Positions 12,522 to 21,318 of a DNA stretch of 64,000 nucleotides are shown here, in pieces. The notes under the pieces were generated by a model. That model was not told the origin of the DNA, ran no database searches, and saw only the letters and a list, made by a program, of their open reading frames with translations. This stretch comes from Terriglobia bacterium. GTDB lineage: Bacteria > Acidobacteriota > Terriglobia > 20CM-2-55-15. The stretch spans positions 1 to 64,000 of the forward strand of contig CBDCLE010000026.1 of NCBI GenBank assembly GCA_965218585.1. The letters run 5' to 3'. The number at the start of each line of letters is the position of its first letter. The stretch's first letter is position 1. Position numbers and translations under genes: made by a program.

Positions 12522-12554
12522 ACTGTAGCATATATGTTTACGATACGTAAACAT
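12522..12554 (-). promoter_or_regulatory. higBA extended -10 and palindromic operator
   Basis: ATGTTTACG-ATA-CGTAAACAT at 12534-12554; TGCTACAGT (TGn -10) at 12522-12530 on the minus strand. Confidence 0.7.
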
Positions 12555-12694
12555 TCGTTTTACAGTATGCGACTGACCCATGACCCCCTGTTGTCCGAAT
12601 AGACGCTCATTGGTTCGACCCTTAAGTAAGTTGACTGAAACAATGGTCGCACTCGCCGGCTTCGTTGTCGTGCGCATTAGACAATCGAAGATGC

Positions 12695-13645
12695 TCACTC
12701 CAGATCCAATGTGGTGTTGAATCCCCACTCCTCGCTGACGATGTTCAGGTCAGCGTCCAGGGTGATGGCCGATGCCAATGCCGTCAGCCGATTGAAGAAG
12801 CGAAGATCAACGAAATAGACGCGATACCCATCCTCGAGTTGTTGTTCCACGTTGAAGGGGAAGCGGGCGAACCCGAGCAGCGTCGCCGCGGTCGCCGTCT
12901 GCGCTGCGCGCCGCGTCACCGGCGAGGCCGGCATCTTGTCTATTTCTAAATCCGGACGTACTTGGCCACCGGCGATCTCGACCCGCCACAGTTTGGTTTC
13001 CGCTTCTACGATACCGGTCCACGCGAACGGGTTCAGCATCCGAGGCAGGACCGAGGATGAGATGGCACCCTGTAACGTTTCTACGTGGGCATCGAGCCTG
13101 GCGACGGCCTGAGCCCTTGTCCCCATGCGGAGTCCAACGTAGCCGGTGATGATCAGGAGCGACAGTCCGGCCACCGCGGCGGACCGTTTCGGAAGCGACC
13201 GCGATACGATGATGCCTGACAGCAACAAGAAGTCGATCCATGGATCGATGATGAAAAGAGTGTCGCCGTAGAGCCAGGTCGTCCCGAACGGCAGGAAGGG
13301 GCGCAAACCGTAGGGGTTCAGGTAGTCCAGCAGCGGGTGGGTCATCATGACGACCAGCGCTATCCCGAATAACACCCGGAAACGGGTCGGGGGTGCAACC
13401 CTTCTCGACGTGATCGCCCACATCAGGACAGCCACAAATGCTGCGAAGAACGGGATGGCGAGAACCGAGTGGGTGATCCCCCGGTGGTGTTCCAAGTACG
13501 CGGTGGAATTTGCGAACAGTGTGAGCGAGTCCAGGTCTGGAAAATTTGTCGCGACTACGGCGGTGGCTGTTGCGTGCGGACTCCACCGGTTCAGACCGGC
13601 TCGGGAGAGCGCGATTCCGACCAGCGTGTGGGTGGAGTTGAACAT
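12695..13645 (-). CDS. Metal-dependent membrane hydrolase (YdjM/YfhP-like)
   Basis: STHTLVG, PDLD, HHRGITHS, THPLLD and IIDP motifs. Confidence 0.85.
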   Translation of the reverse strand: MFNSTHTLVGIALSRAGLNRWSPHATATAVVATNFPDLDSLTLFANSTAYLEHHRGITHSVLAIPFFAAFVAVLMWAITSRRVAPPTRFRVLFGIALVVMMTHPLLDYLNPYGLRPFLPFGTTWLYGDTLFIIDPWIDFLLLSGIIVSRSLPKRSAAVAGLSLLIITGYVGLRMGTRAQAVARLDAHVETLQGAISSSVLPRMLNPFAWTGIVEAETKLWRVEIAGGQVRPDLEIDKMPASPVTRRAAQTATAATLLGFARFPFNVEQQLEDGYRVYFVDLRFFNRLTALASAITLDADLNIVSEEWGFNTTLDLE

Positions 13646-13751
13646 CGTTGGAAGGATCTACATGGCATTGTCACGCTAAACGTGCACCGTTGGGAAGCCG
13701 CAGTTCGCAGGCCGGAGCCCCGTTACCTCCCAGTCTGGTTCCGGTGTTCAG

Positions 13752-14954
13752 TTACGCCCCGGGGGGAATATACGGCCGTTCGGCACATTCATAAGGTATG
13801 AACTCTTCTCCCCCCGCCCAGGGAAACAGACGGACCAGTGTGAATGGCTCCGTATAGTAGACCGGGTCCTCCACTGTGACCTCAGCGATGAGAGTATTGT
13901 CGCTAGGATCGATCCTCCATCGTTCCGTTACCTTTATCTGATCGCTGGATCCGCCACCTTCGCGGGTTACGTCGTAGCCCGAACCCGTACTCGAACCCGC
14001 TGTATCGATAACAAGAATGTTGCCTTCAAATCTGCCGATGGAGTGCCCCAGAGGAGTGGGCTCCAGGTCGGCGGGATGCCCGCGGCCATCCGTCCAGATC
14101 GTCCGCACTTCGTTCGGGAAGTCCTGTGAACGGAGTAACACCCGATCTTCGAGCTGAGTCACCTCGGCGAGCGCGCCGCCCTGGATCATGAACGACGGCA
14201 TAGCGAAGACGACACATTCCAGAACGGGATTCTGGCGCGGATCCGTCGCGTCGTAATTTTCGAAACGGCGGCGCCCTTCCTCGTTGAACGGTAATCCCGC
14301 TGTTATTTCCTTGACCCACGTCGCATTGTTGTACCCCTCGGGGGGGTCTATCAGGAAGCGCCACATGCCTGTAAACTGGATCGGATCCGCAACGTCCACC
14401 CAGTCGGAGCGGTCTTCCTCACTCAGAGCCCAGGCGTCGAAGTCCACGTCCTCCCCACCTCCGACGACCCTCCAATGCTCCGCGATCCGCCCTGCGGCAT
14501 CGAAGCGGGCAAAGTCCGCGATCGGGCGCACGTCGGTAACCGTCCCGGATTCGTCCACTGTACGGACAGTCTGGTGAAGAGCAACCAGATCGCTCTCCTC
14601 GCCGGAGATGATGTGGGAGACCAGATAGCTTCGGCTCTCTTCCTGCGGCCATACTTGGGCCTGAAGATACTCCCGAAGCCCTTCGCGGCCATCTCCTGTT
14701 CCGGGAATCTGGGACACATAGTCTTCCGCTACATAGTCATTCAAAGCGGCATCGTTCTGGCCATCGACAACGGTTTCGAAGAACTCCAACAGACGGATTT
14801 CGTTCGTGCTCAACTGGCTGCGATCAATCTCTTCGTACGCCATGCTCCGCTCAAACCGTGGTGCGGATGCTACAGGTGATGGCTCAGGCTCCGAACCGGA
14901 GCATCCCGCCATAAACAGTGCGGCAATAAGACCAAGGCCTGCATTTCTTTTCAT
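13752..14954 (-). CDS. Lipoprotein: SnoaL-like domain + 'TDGRxH' domain
   Basis: Lipobox FMAGC; VAEDY...GREG...RFD..GRIAEHW; then EC, RTIWTDGRGHP, GHSIGRFEG and PYEC. Confidence 0.8.
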   Translation of the reverse strand: MKRNAGLGLIAALFMAGCSGSEPEPSPVASAPRFERSMAYEEIDRSQLSTNEIRLLEFFETVVDGQNDAALNDYVAEDYVSQIPGTGDGREGLREYLQAQVWPQEESRSYLVSHIISGEESDLVALHQTVRTVDESGTVTDVRPIADFARFDAAGRIAEHWRVVGGGEDVDFDAWALSEEDRSDWVDVADPIQFTGMWRFLIDPPEGYNNATWVKEITAGLPFNEEGRRRFENYDATDPRQNPVLECVVFAMPSFMIQGGALAEVTQLEDRVLLRSQDFPNEVRTIWTDGRGHPADLEPTPLGHSIGRFEGNILVIDTAGSSTGSGYDVTREGGGSSDQIKVTERWRIDPSDNTLIAEVTVEDPVYYTEPFTLVRLFPWAGGEEFIPYECAERPYIPPGA

Positions 14955-15026
14955 GGTTTCTTCCTCAACGCTACCGGACACAAAGATCGGACGGTCTCAA
15001 GAGTTCTCAATCGATCGAGCCTTGGC

Positions 15027-15884
15027 TCATCGCAACTCAAACGATTCGAGATTCTCGGTAATGGGGTCGCCCACAACGTCCCAGTGCTCGACCATCTGAC
15101 CGTTTTCGTCGAACCGGACGATTTCCGCGACCTGCCGGACGTTGATCAGCTCTCCGCTGGCGTCATAGGTGCGCGTCGTGTAGTGAAGCATTGTCATGCT
15201 CCCATCGGGACTGGAAACGATGTTGTCGTAGGTCCGCTCGCTTCGGGATACTCTTTCGGCACTGCGATCTGCCCGGGCCTGATTCGGCCAGAGGAAATTC
15301 TGGAGCCAGGCCAACATCCCCTGTCGGCCCTGGCCGATGCCCGGATGATGCTGGATATAGTCTTCCGCGACATGTTCTTCAAACACCGACACGTCTCTGC
15401 CTCCCAGACCCTGGTCGAGAACCGCCACAAGGGCCTCTTCGTTGGGGCGGTACCCGGAATCTGCTGTTTCAACACCGCCACCAGCCCCTTCGAGACGACT
15501 GAAAATTGTCTCCCCCGTGTCGGTCCGGGTTATCACTCTGAGGTCGAGGCGACTCGCGCCATTTCTGGCCGGAGCACCGCTGGCCGTGACCGGATCACCC
15601 GGCTGAAGCGTGTCCTCGGTCCATCCAATGTTCGTCAGGAACCGTGCACCACCAAACTCCAGTTCCCAGATGCTCGCGTCACCACTGTCATCGACGACTT
15701 CCACGTATAGCCTGGAGTGGGGATTGCGGAACCACAATTCGACCACTTTGCCTTCGACGGTTTCATTCTGGTCCAGAAAGTAGAACGGGGCGGGGGCGTG
15801 GTGGGCCGCCACGGGCATAGCCCCAAGTGACCCCAGCACCACTGCCGACAAGAACAGTACGAAACATACCCATCTTGGATTCAT
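15027..15884 (-). CDS. DUF6152 + SnoaL-like fusion, secreted
   Basis: Signal peptide then AHH, RNPHS and WELE; C-terminal VAEDYIQH...RFDENGQMVEHWDV. Start set at ATG 15884 from the GGAGG spacing. Confidence 0.8.
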   Translation of the reverse strand: MNPRWVCFVLFLSAVVLGSLGAMPVAAHHAPAPFYFLDQNETVEGKVVELWFRNPHSRLYVEVVDDSGDASIWELEFGGARFLTNIGWTEDTLQPGDPVTASGAPARNGASRLDLRVITRTDTGETIFSRLEGAGGGVETADSGYRPNEEALVAVLDQGLGGRDVSVFEEHVAEDYIQHHPGIGQGRQGMLAWLQNFLWPNQARADRSAERVSRSERTYDNIVSSPDGSMTMLHYTTRTYDASGELINVRQVAEIVRFDENGQMVEHWDVVGDPITENLESFELR

Positions 15885-15918
15885 GTTCGACATACCTCCA
15901 TCTTTCCGAGGTTTCGTT

Positions 15919-16824
15919 TCAATCGCTCCCCATTGAACCCATCGTCCGCTCGAGGAAACCGATGGCCTGGTCCAGGTGGTCAGGCGTGACGAATCGATCG
16001 AGGGGACCATGCGCCGCTCCGTGGACCACATCGAAATACACATCCAGACCCAGATTTTCGTAAGCCCCCTCAAGCTGATGAGACTGGTTGATGGGCATCT
16101 GGGGATCCCGATCACCGTGCAGGAGCAGCAGGGGAGGATCGGACGGATCGACGTGCTGGATTGGACTGGCCAGTTCGGCCAATTCCGGCACTTCTTCGGG
16201 GATGGCCCCGAGCAAGAGTTCGAGAGCGGGCTTGCGAACACCGAGTCCGAATGGCGTCGATTGCTCAAGAATGGTTGTCAGATCGGAAGCGCCATAGTAG
16301 CTGATGATTGCCCGAACGTCCGAGGATATGCCCAGGTTTCCTCCCACGTTTCCTTCCAGCTCGCTGTGACCGTTCGTGACGCCAACCAGCGCGGCCAGAT
16401 GCGCCCCTGAAGAGCTTCCGGATACGGCAATTCGGGTGCTGTCATAACCGTAGTCGCCTCTGTGTGCCCGAAGAAACCGGATAGCACCCTTAATGTCGTG
16501 AACCATAGCGGGGAACCGGGCTTCAGTCGATTGGCGAAAATCCAGGCTTGCAACGGCAAATCCGGCATCGACGAACTGCAACATCGGGCCCACGCGCTCC
16601 TTGTCGCCTCTTCGCCACGCACCGCCGTGTACGAAAACTATGAGCGGTGGCGAGTCAGCGTTCGACGGCAGGTAGATATCCAGACCGAGATCCTTGCCAT
16701 CCACCGTGCCGTACACGATGTCCTTATGTTCGGGAACGTTCTGTGCAAAAGCACCCTGGGATAGCAGCGCGAACGAAAGAGCGAGGACCGACATCGCACT
16801 CGCAAACGCAGAGATCAAACGCAT
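15919..16824 (-). CDS. Secreted alpha/beta hydrolase (esterase/lipase)
   Basis: HGGAW, GSSSG, HGDRD and GAAHG motifs; signal peptide. Confidence 0.9.
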   Translation of the reverse strand: MRLISAFASAMSVLALSFALLSQGAFAQNVPEHKDIVYGTVDGKDLGLDIYLPSNADSPPLIVFVHGGAWRRGDKERVGPMLQFVDAGFAVASLDFRQSTEARFPAMVHDIKGAIRFLRAHRGDYGYDSTRIAVSGSSSGAHLAALVGVTNGHSELEGNVGGNLGISSDVRAIISYYGASDLTTILEQSTPFGLGVRKPALELLLGAIPEEVPELAELASPIQHVDPSDPPLLLLHGDRDPQMPINQSHQLEGAYENLGLDVYFDVVHGAAHGPLDRFVTPDHLDQAIGFLERTMGSMGSD

Positions 16825-16947
16825 TGTTGTTGGCTCCTGTTGTTTGTTGAGACTACAGACCAAGAATTCGTTTTGACTGACAATCTGTGTTCGAAGCTTC
16901 GCTTCCGGTCGGAGGGGGATACCCGAGGAGCAGCGTCAAAGGAAACT

Positions 16948-17343
16948 TCAGTTTCCCTTCCGCTGGGTTCCTCCAAAGAAAATGGGTCTTCCATCCGCAA
17001 ACTCCAGTTCGACACCCACCCCCTTGTTCGTGCCGTCACGAGACCCATAGCCGTCCACACGAATTTCCGAACCGATCGGAATCGAGTTTCGGTCGACTCC
17101 GCGTCGCAACAGCGCATTGGGACTGCCGCCCTCGATCCTCCAACTGCTCACGGTACCGTCGTCGTTCTCCACCTCAACGTGAATCCAGGAATGGGGATTG
17201 ATGAGTTCGACCCGGGTCACTTTACCCGTAAACGCAATGGGACGACTGACGTCGAATTCGGACGTGAATGCGTGGTGGGCCAGGGATGGCGCGACCGACG
17301 CGATCAACGCGAACCCGGCGAGGGCGATGCATATCCTCTTCAC
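16948..17343 (-). CDS. DUF6152 family secreted protein
   Basis: Signal peptide ending SLA-HHAF; INPHSWI and W.IEGGSPNALLRRG motifs. Confidence 0.85.
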   Translation of the reverse strand: MKRICIALAGFALIASVAPSLAHHAFTSEFDVSRPIAFTGKVTRVELINPHSWIHVEVENDDGTVSSWRIEGGSPNALLRRGVDRNSIPIGSEIRVDGYGSRDGTNKGVGVELEFADGRPIFFGGTQRKGN

Positions 17344-17376
17344 TATTGTTTCCCTCCGATATGTGAGGTCGAAAAT

Positions 17377-18348
17377 CTACTGCTTATTGCCGCCGGCCTG
17401 CCGGGCTTCCTCAGCACGCTGCCCGGCGAGGGTATTCGCTATACCGTAGTTTCCTTCATGACACGCGTACTCGAATAGCGGCCCTTCGATTGCGGCCAAT
17501 GGATAGACTCCCGACCATGGCGCTTCCCACGTGTCCGGGTCTTCGACCCTAAACCGATACTCCACGGTCATTTCGTCAAGGCGCGTCAGGCGTTCGGTCA
17601 CCTGCATGTTCTTACTGGATTCTCTCCACGCAGTCTGTTCGTTGAAGTTGGTGGTCTCGACGACCAGAGTATCGCCTTCCCAACGCCCGACGGAGACGCC
17701 GTTCCACTGCTGGATATCTCCGGCGGAATGTTCCCGCCCGTCTGTGGGAATAACACGGGGATTTCCCATCTCGCCCTGGATCACAACATATCCGGGGCTC
17801 TGGAAGATCTGCACGTTGCTGTTATATCCACCCGGCAGGAGTGGAGGCAGCTTGCGCACCCATACGATACAGCGCTCTTGCAGAGGCCGATTCTCAGGGC
17901 CGTCGAATTCGTGGCCAAGGTTCGCTTCAATACGGGCCTCTCTACGCGCCAGGGCCGCGTCGACCAGTTCCGGGATTCTTCCGTTGCTGGGGTCGACAAC
18001 GATCGACGTGCGGAGTTCGACGAGATCTCATTCTGGAATGGGCTGAGTCCGAACTGGTCGAAACTGTAGTGCACGTCCTCTTCGGTACCGCGTGCCCGCT
18101 CCAGGGGACCCTCAGGAGGCGCCATCAGCGCCGCTTCCCTCGCGGCTGCTTCCTCGGGCGTAGAATTCCTGTTCGCCCAACTCGAGAGGACGTTCCAACG
18201 GGACGACCGTTAGGTTCGCGAAGTATCCGGAAATATCCGGTTCACCCCAACTCGTACGCGCGGCTTGTCCCAGAAAAGACGGTGGCGCCAGCAAGGCGGC
18301 CAGTCCGGCCAGACCCGCTATCGTGACAGCTCGTCGAATCATCTTCAC
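17377..18348 (-). pseudogene. 'TDGRxH' family secreted protein with two frameshifts (~18159, ~18014)
   Basis: RTSWGEPDISG, RTSIVVDP.NGRIP, ERC, PTDGREH, GVSVGRWEGDTLVVET and EYACHEGN are spread over three segments. Confidence 0.8.
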
Positions 18349-18530
18349 TCCGTTAATCCTCTATCGGTTTCCGTGGATGTTCATAGAATTAGGTAGTCGT
18401 CGACCATTCACTCGCTCACGGAACGCTGACGTCCAACATTCTGGGCCACTTCCTTGCCCTTACGTATCCCGAAACGGCTCGCGGCCTTCAGGCGAAAGGA
18501 AGCCTCCCGCGGCCCGTTTTGATTCGCGGA

Positions 18531-20081
18531 CTACCTCGCCTCTTCGGATTCACTCATCAACTGTCTCAGCTTCTCCCGGTATTCGGGGTAGAGCGTTTCA
18601 CTTCCCCCCTGAGTGACCTTTTCCAGATAACGGGTGAGGGCGAAGGCCCCGACCAGCCCAAAGGTGATTCCGATGAGGGTCAATATCATCCCCTGCGACA
18701 CGACCATGCTCCGGATCTTACCTTTCTCGGCGCCCAGTGCCATACGTATTCCGATCTCTCTTGTTCGTTGGGAAACCGAGTACGCCAGAACGGAATAAAT
18801 TCCAACCGCTGCCAATAGTAAGGCGATTGCCGCGAAGATCCCAAGCAATGCCGCATAAAACCGGGATTCAGCGACCGAGGTGTAGAGGCGCTCCTCCATC
18901 GTCCGGACGTCATCAAGTGCCAGGGATTGGTCGAGCTCCAGAACTGCGCGCCGGACGTTTTGAACAAGGCCAAGCGGTTCGCCGGCCGTCCGAAGAGCAA
19001 GCGTCAGGTTACTGTCCCGGAAAGCCGCGGCGCCTATGTCCCCATAGTTGAAAAAAACCTCGGGCTGAATTTCGCTGTCCAGGCCCCTGTAGGGGACGTC
19101 TCGGACAACACCGATGATCTCGACCGGCCCAACGGTTCCCAATTCGAACTCCTGACCGACGGCCCCTTCCGGAAAGTAACGGCTTGCAAATGTCTCGTTT
19201 ACGACGAGTAGTCCCCTGCGGTCCTCTTCACTATGAAGCCGCCCCTCGAAGAGGGGTATACGCATCGTTTCGAAATAGCCTGGCGAAACGGCAAACGGAA
19301 TCCAGAAGTCAGTCTCTCGCTCTGGAAAAGCCAATCCCCTCCCCATGATTCCCACGACCGTATAAGCTTTGTCGTCCAGCGTGATCACGCTGCCTAAGAA
19401 ACTGGAATCGGCTTGAAAGTAACGCTCCATGGCCGATTCGCTGAGTAAAACGACTCGGTCCCTGCCTGGAGTCTCCTCCCAAGGCTCGAACAGGCGTCCG
19501 CGCATGGGCGCTACTCCGAGATTTGAAAGTACCGCCGGCGATACGCGCGCCCCGTTCAACCGGACAGGGTCACCTTCGCCAGTCAGAGTTAGTGCCTCGT
19601 TGGAGACCAGCCCAAGTCCGGTCAGCGTCGCAGATTGAGCACGGAGATCGTAAACGTCGTAGAGAGGAAGTGGGAGCTCGGCGGGCCCGTCGATCAGAAC
19701 GAGGACAACACGGTCCGGCTCCTGGAAAGGAAGCGGGCGCAGCATAACGGCATTGACGACGCTGAATATCGCCGTCGTCGCACCAATACCCAACGCCAGC
19801 GTGAGCACAACGGCAATCGTAAATCCCGGAGTACGTCTCAGACTGCGCACTAAGTAGCGCAAATCATTGAGGACGGTTCCCAGAACAGAGAAGGGATCTG
19901 ATTCGTGTGCGCGTTCCTTGACCAATCCTACGTTTCCGAATTTGCGGTGCGCTGCCCTCTGCGCCTCCCCAAGAGACAAGCCTCGTTCCAGGCCGTCCTG
20001 GATTTCGATCTCGAGGTGCGCCTGAATTTCCTCCTCGAGTTCAGACCTCGAACGCCAACGCAACCACCTCGGCAATGTCAC
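18531..20081 (-). pseudogene. ADOP-type ABC permease (MacB/FtsX) with an internal deletion and foreign C-terminus
   Basis: [21 protein letters not shown] and [13 protein letters not shown] motifs. FWIPF is joined directly to AVSPGYF, and the last TM segment is replaced after TRYLE. GTG start overlaps the padR stop. Confidence 0.75.
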
Positions 20082-20428
20082 TCTGCCTCTCCCGGTTCGA
20101 GTTCGAGCACGCACGAGATAACGTTGACCATGCGTTCCCACTTGCGGGTTTCCGTTTCGAGTCGACGCCGGCCGGCGCGTGTCAGCTTGTAGAAGCGGGC
20201 GCGCCGGTTGTTTTCAGACGTTCCCCAAACCGAGGATACGAAACGGCCCCGCTCCAGACGTTGGAGGGCGGGATAGAGCGAGCCGTGATCGATCAGCAGT
20301 GCGTCGTCCGATGTTCGCCCGATACTGGTGGCGATTCCGTGTCCGTGCTGCGGACCGATTAAGAGAGTCCGCAGGACAAGTAGATCAAGGGTGCCCTGTA
20401 GGAGGGGAATAGGTTCTTGTTCTGACAT
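20078..20428 (-). CDS. PadR-family regulator (acidobacterial type)
   Basis: [27 protein letters not shown] and [10 protein letters not shown] motifs. Confidence 0.93.
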   Translation of the reverse strand: MSEQEPIPLLQGTLDLLVLRTLLIGPQHGHGIATSIGRTSDDALLIDHGSLYPALQRLERGRFVSSVWGTSENNRRARFYKLTRAGRRRLETETRKWERMVNVISCVLELEPGEAE

Positions 20429-20478
20429 TCTAGTAGATAGGCTACCAGAGCCTTAAGAATAGTGTCTACCAGAATGTC
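20424..20478. promoter_or_regulatory. Putative PadR operator A
   Basis: TCTAGTAG-N5-CTACCAGA (20429-20449) plus an extra half-site TGTCTACCAGAA, abutting the padR ATG. Confidence 0.7.
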
Positions 20479-20570
20479 GCAGGACTTCGGAATGGGTGCC
20501 CAGTCGTTGGAGCGTCGCCTGAGCACCATCCCATTCGGCCCGAGTGCACTCTACTGTAGACGGTTCAGCC

Positions 20571-21104
20571 TCAGTGCTCATGCTCTTCTTCATCCTCAGG
20601 AAACAGGTCCAGTCTTTGCCTTTGCTCAGGGGTGAGCACCTCGGCGACATCGGCCAAAACCTGCACGGCGACTTGGGAGGCGTTGTCCGCGTGCTCGAGA
20701 GTCCTAATCCGTAACTCTTCGAGCGCTACACGGTCGAGGGATGGCTGTGCAAGCATTTCCACCAGAGCCTCGCGCGTGGAGACATATGCGCGCACCCATA
20801 TCATTAGATCGGCGCCAGCACTCCGAAGAATCGATTTCACGTCTTCGTGCTGCTGGGGGGTCGCACCCACTGCATCAAGCGGGCCGTCAAACTGACGCAT
20901 ATACAACTCGATAGCAAGCGGGAACTCCTCGGACACGAGGAAATCGGGACGACCCGAGCCATCATGCTGTGCGAGGGCATCGACGGATGCAGTTAAAAGC
21001 ACACCGAGTAGCGCGCCGATGAAGAGGCCGCCAATAAAGGCACGTCTGGTGAGTCGTCCGTTATCTCCCGGACCTTCGAGGCTTGTATCGAATGGGTTGC
21101 TCAT
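20571..21104 (-). CDS. Spy/CpxP-like periplasmic protein
   Basis: N-terminal RRAF + hydrophobic segment; ATPQQ and VLTPEQR (LTxxQ) motifs. Confidence 0.75.
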   Translation of the reverse strand: MSNPFDTSLEGPGDNGRLTRRAFIGGLFIGALLGVLLTASVDALAQHDGSGRPDFLVSEEFPLAIELYMRQFDGPLDAVGATPQQHEDVKSILRSAGADLMIWVRAYVSTREALVEMLAQPSLDRVALEELRIRTLEHADNASQVAVQVLADVAEVLTPEQRQRLDLFPEDEEEHEH

Positions 21105-21134
21105 GTCTGTCTCCTGGGTGTTAATGGATCTCGG

Positions 21135-21187
21135 TCTGACATTCTGGTAGATAGCCTACTAGACCTTTAGGAGAATGTCTACTAGAA
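21135..21187. promoter_or_regulatory. Putative PadR operator B (paralogue of A)
   Basis: TCTGGTAG-N5-CTACTAGA (21143-21163) plus TGTCTACTAGAA; aligns with 20421-20474. Confidence 0.7.
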
Positions 21188-21318
21188 GGATCACACCGCA
21201 CTTTCCCAGAACTCTGAACTTTCGAAACACGACATCATGACTTCAACCGCATTCGGGTATGATTAGAAATTTGGGTCGCCGGCCCGAGGGGGGCCGGAAC
21301 CTTCATTAATTCTCAAAA

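Noticed and set aside
15027-16268. 413-aa ORF as given in the track
   Set aside because: The first ~128 codons overlap the alpha/beta hydrolase in another frame; the RBS and signal peptide point to a start at 15884.
18471-18520. Imperfect hairpin AAACGGCTCGCGG...CCGCGGCCCGTTTT as a riboswitch
   Set aside because: No recognisable aptamer consensus; at most a terminator-like structure.
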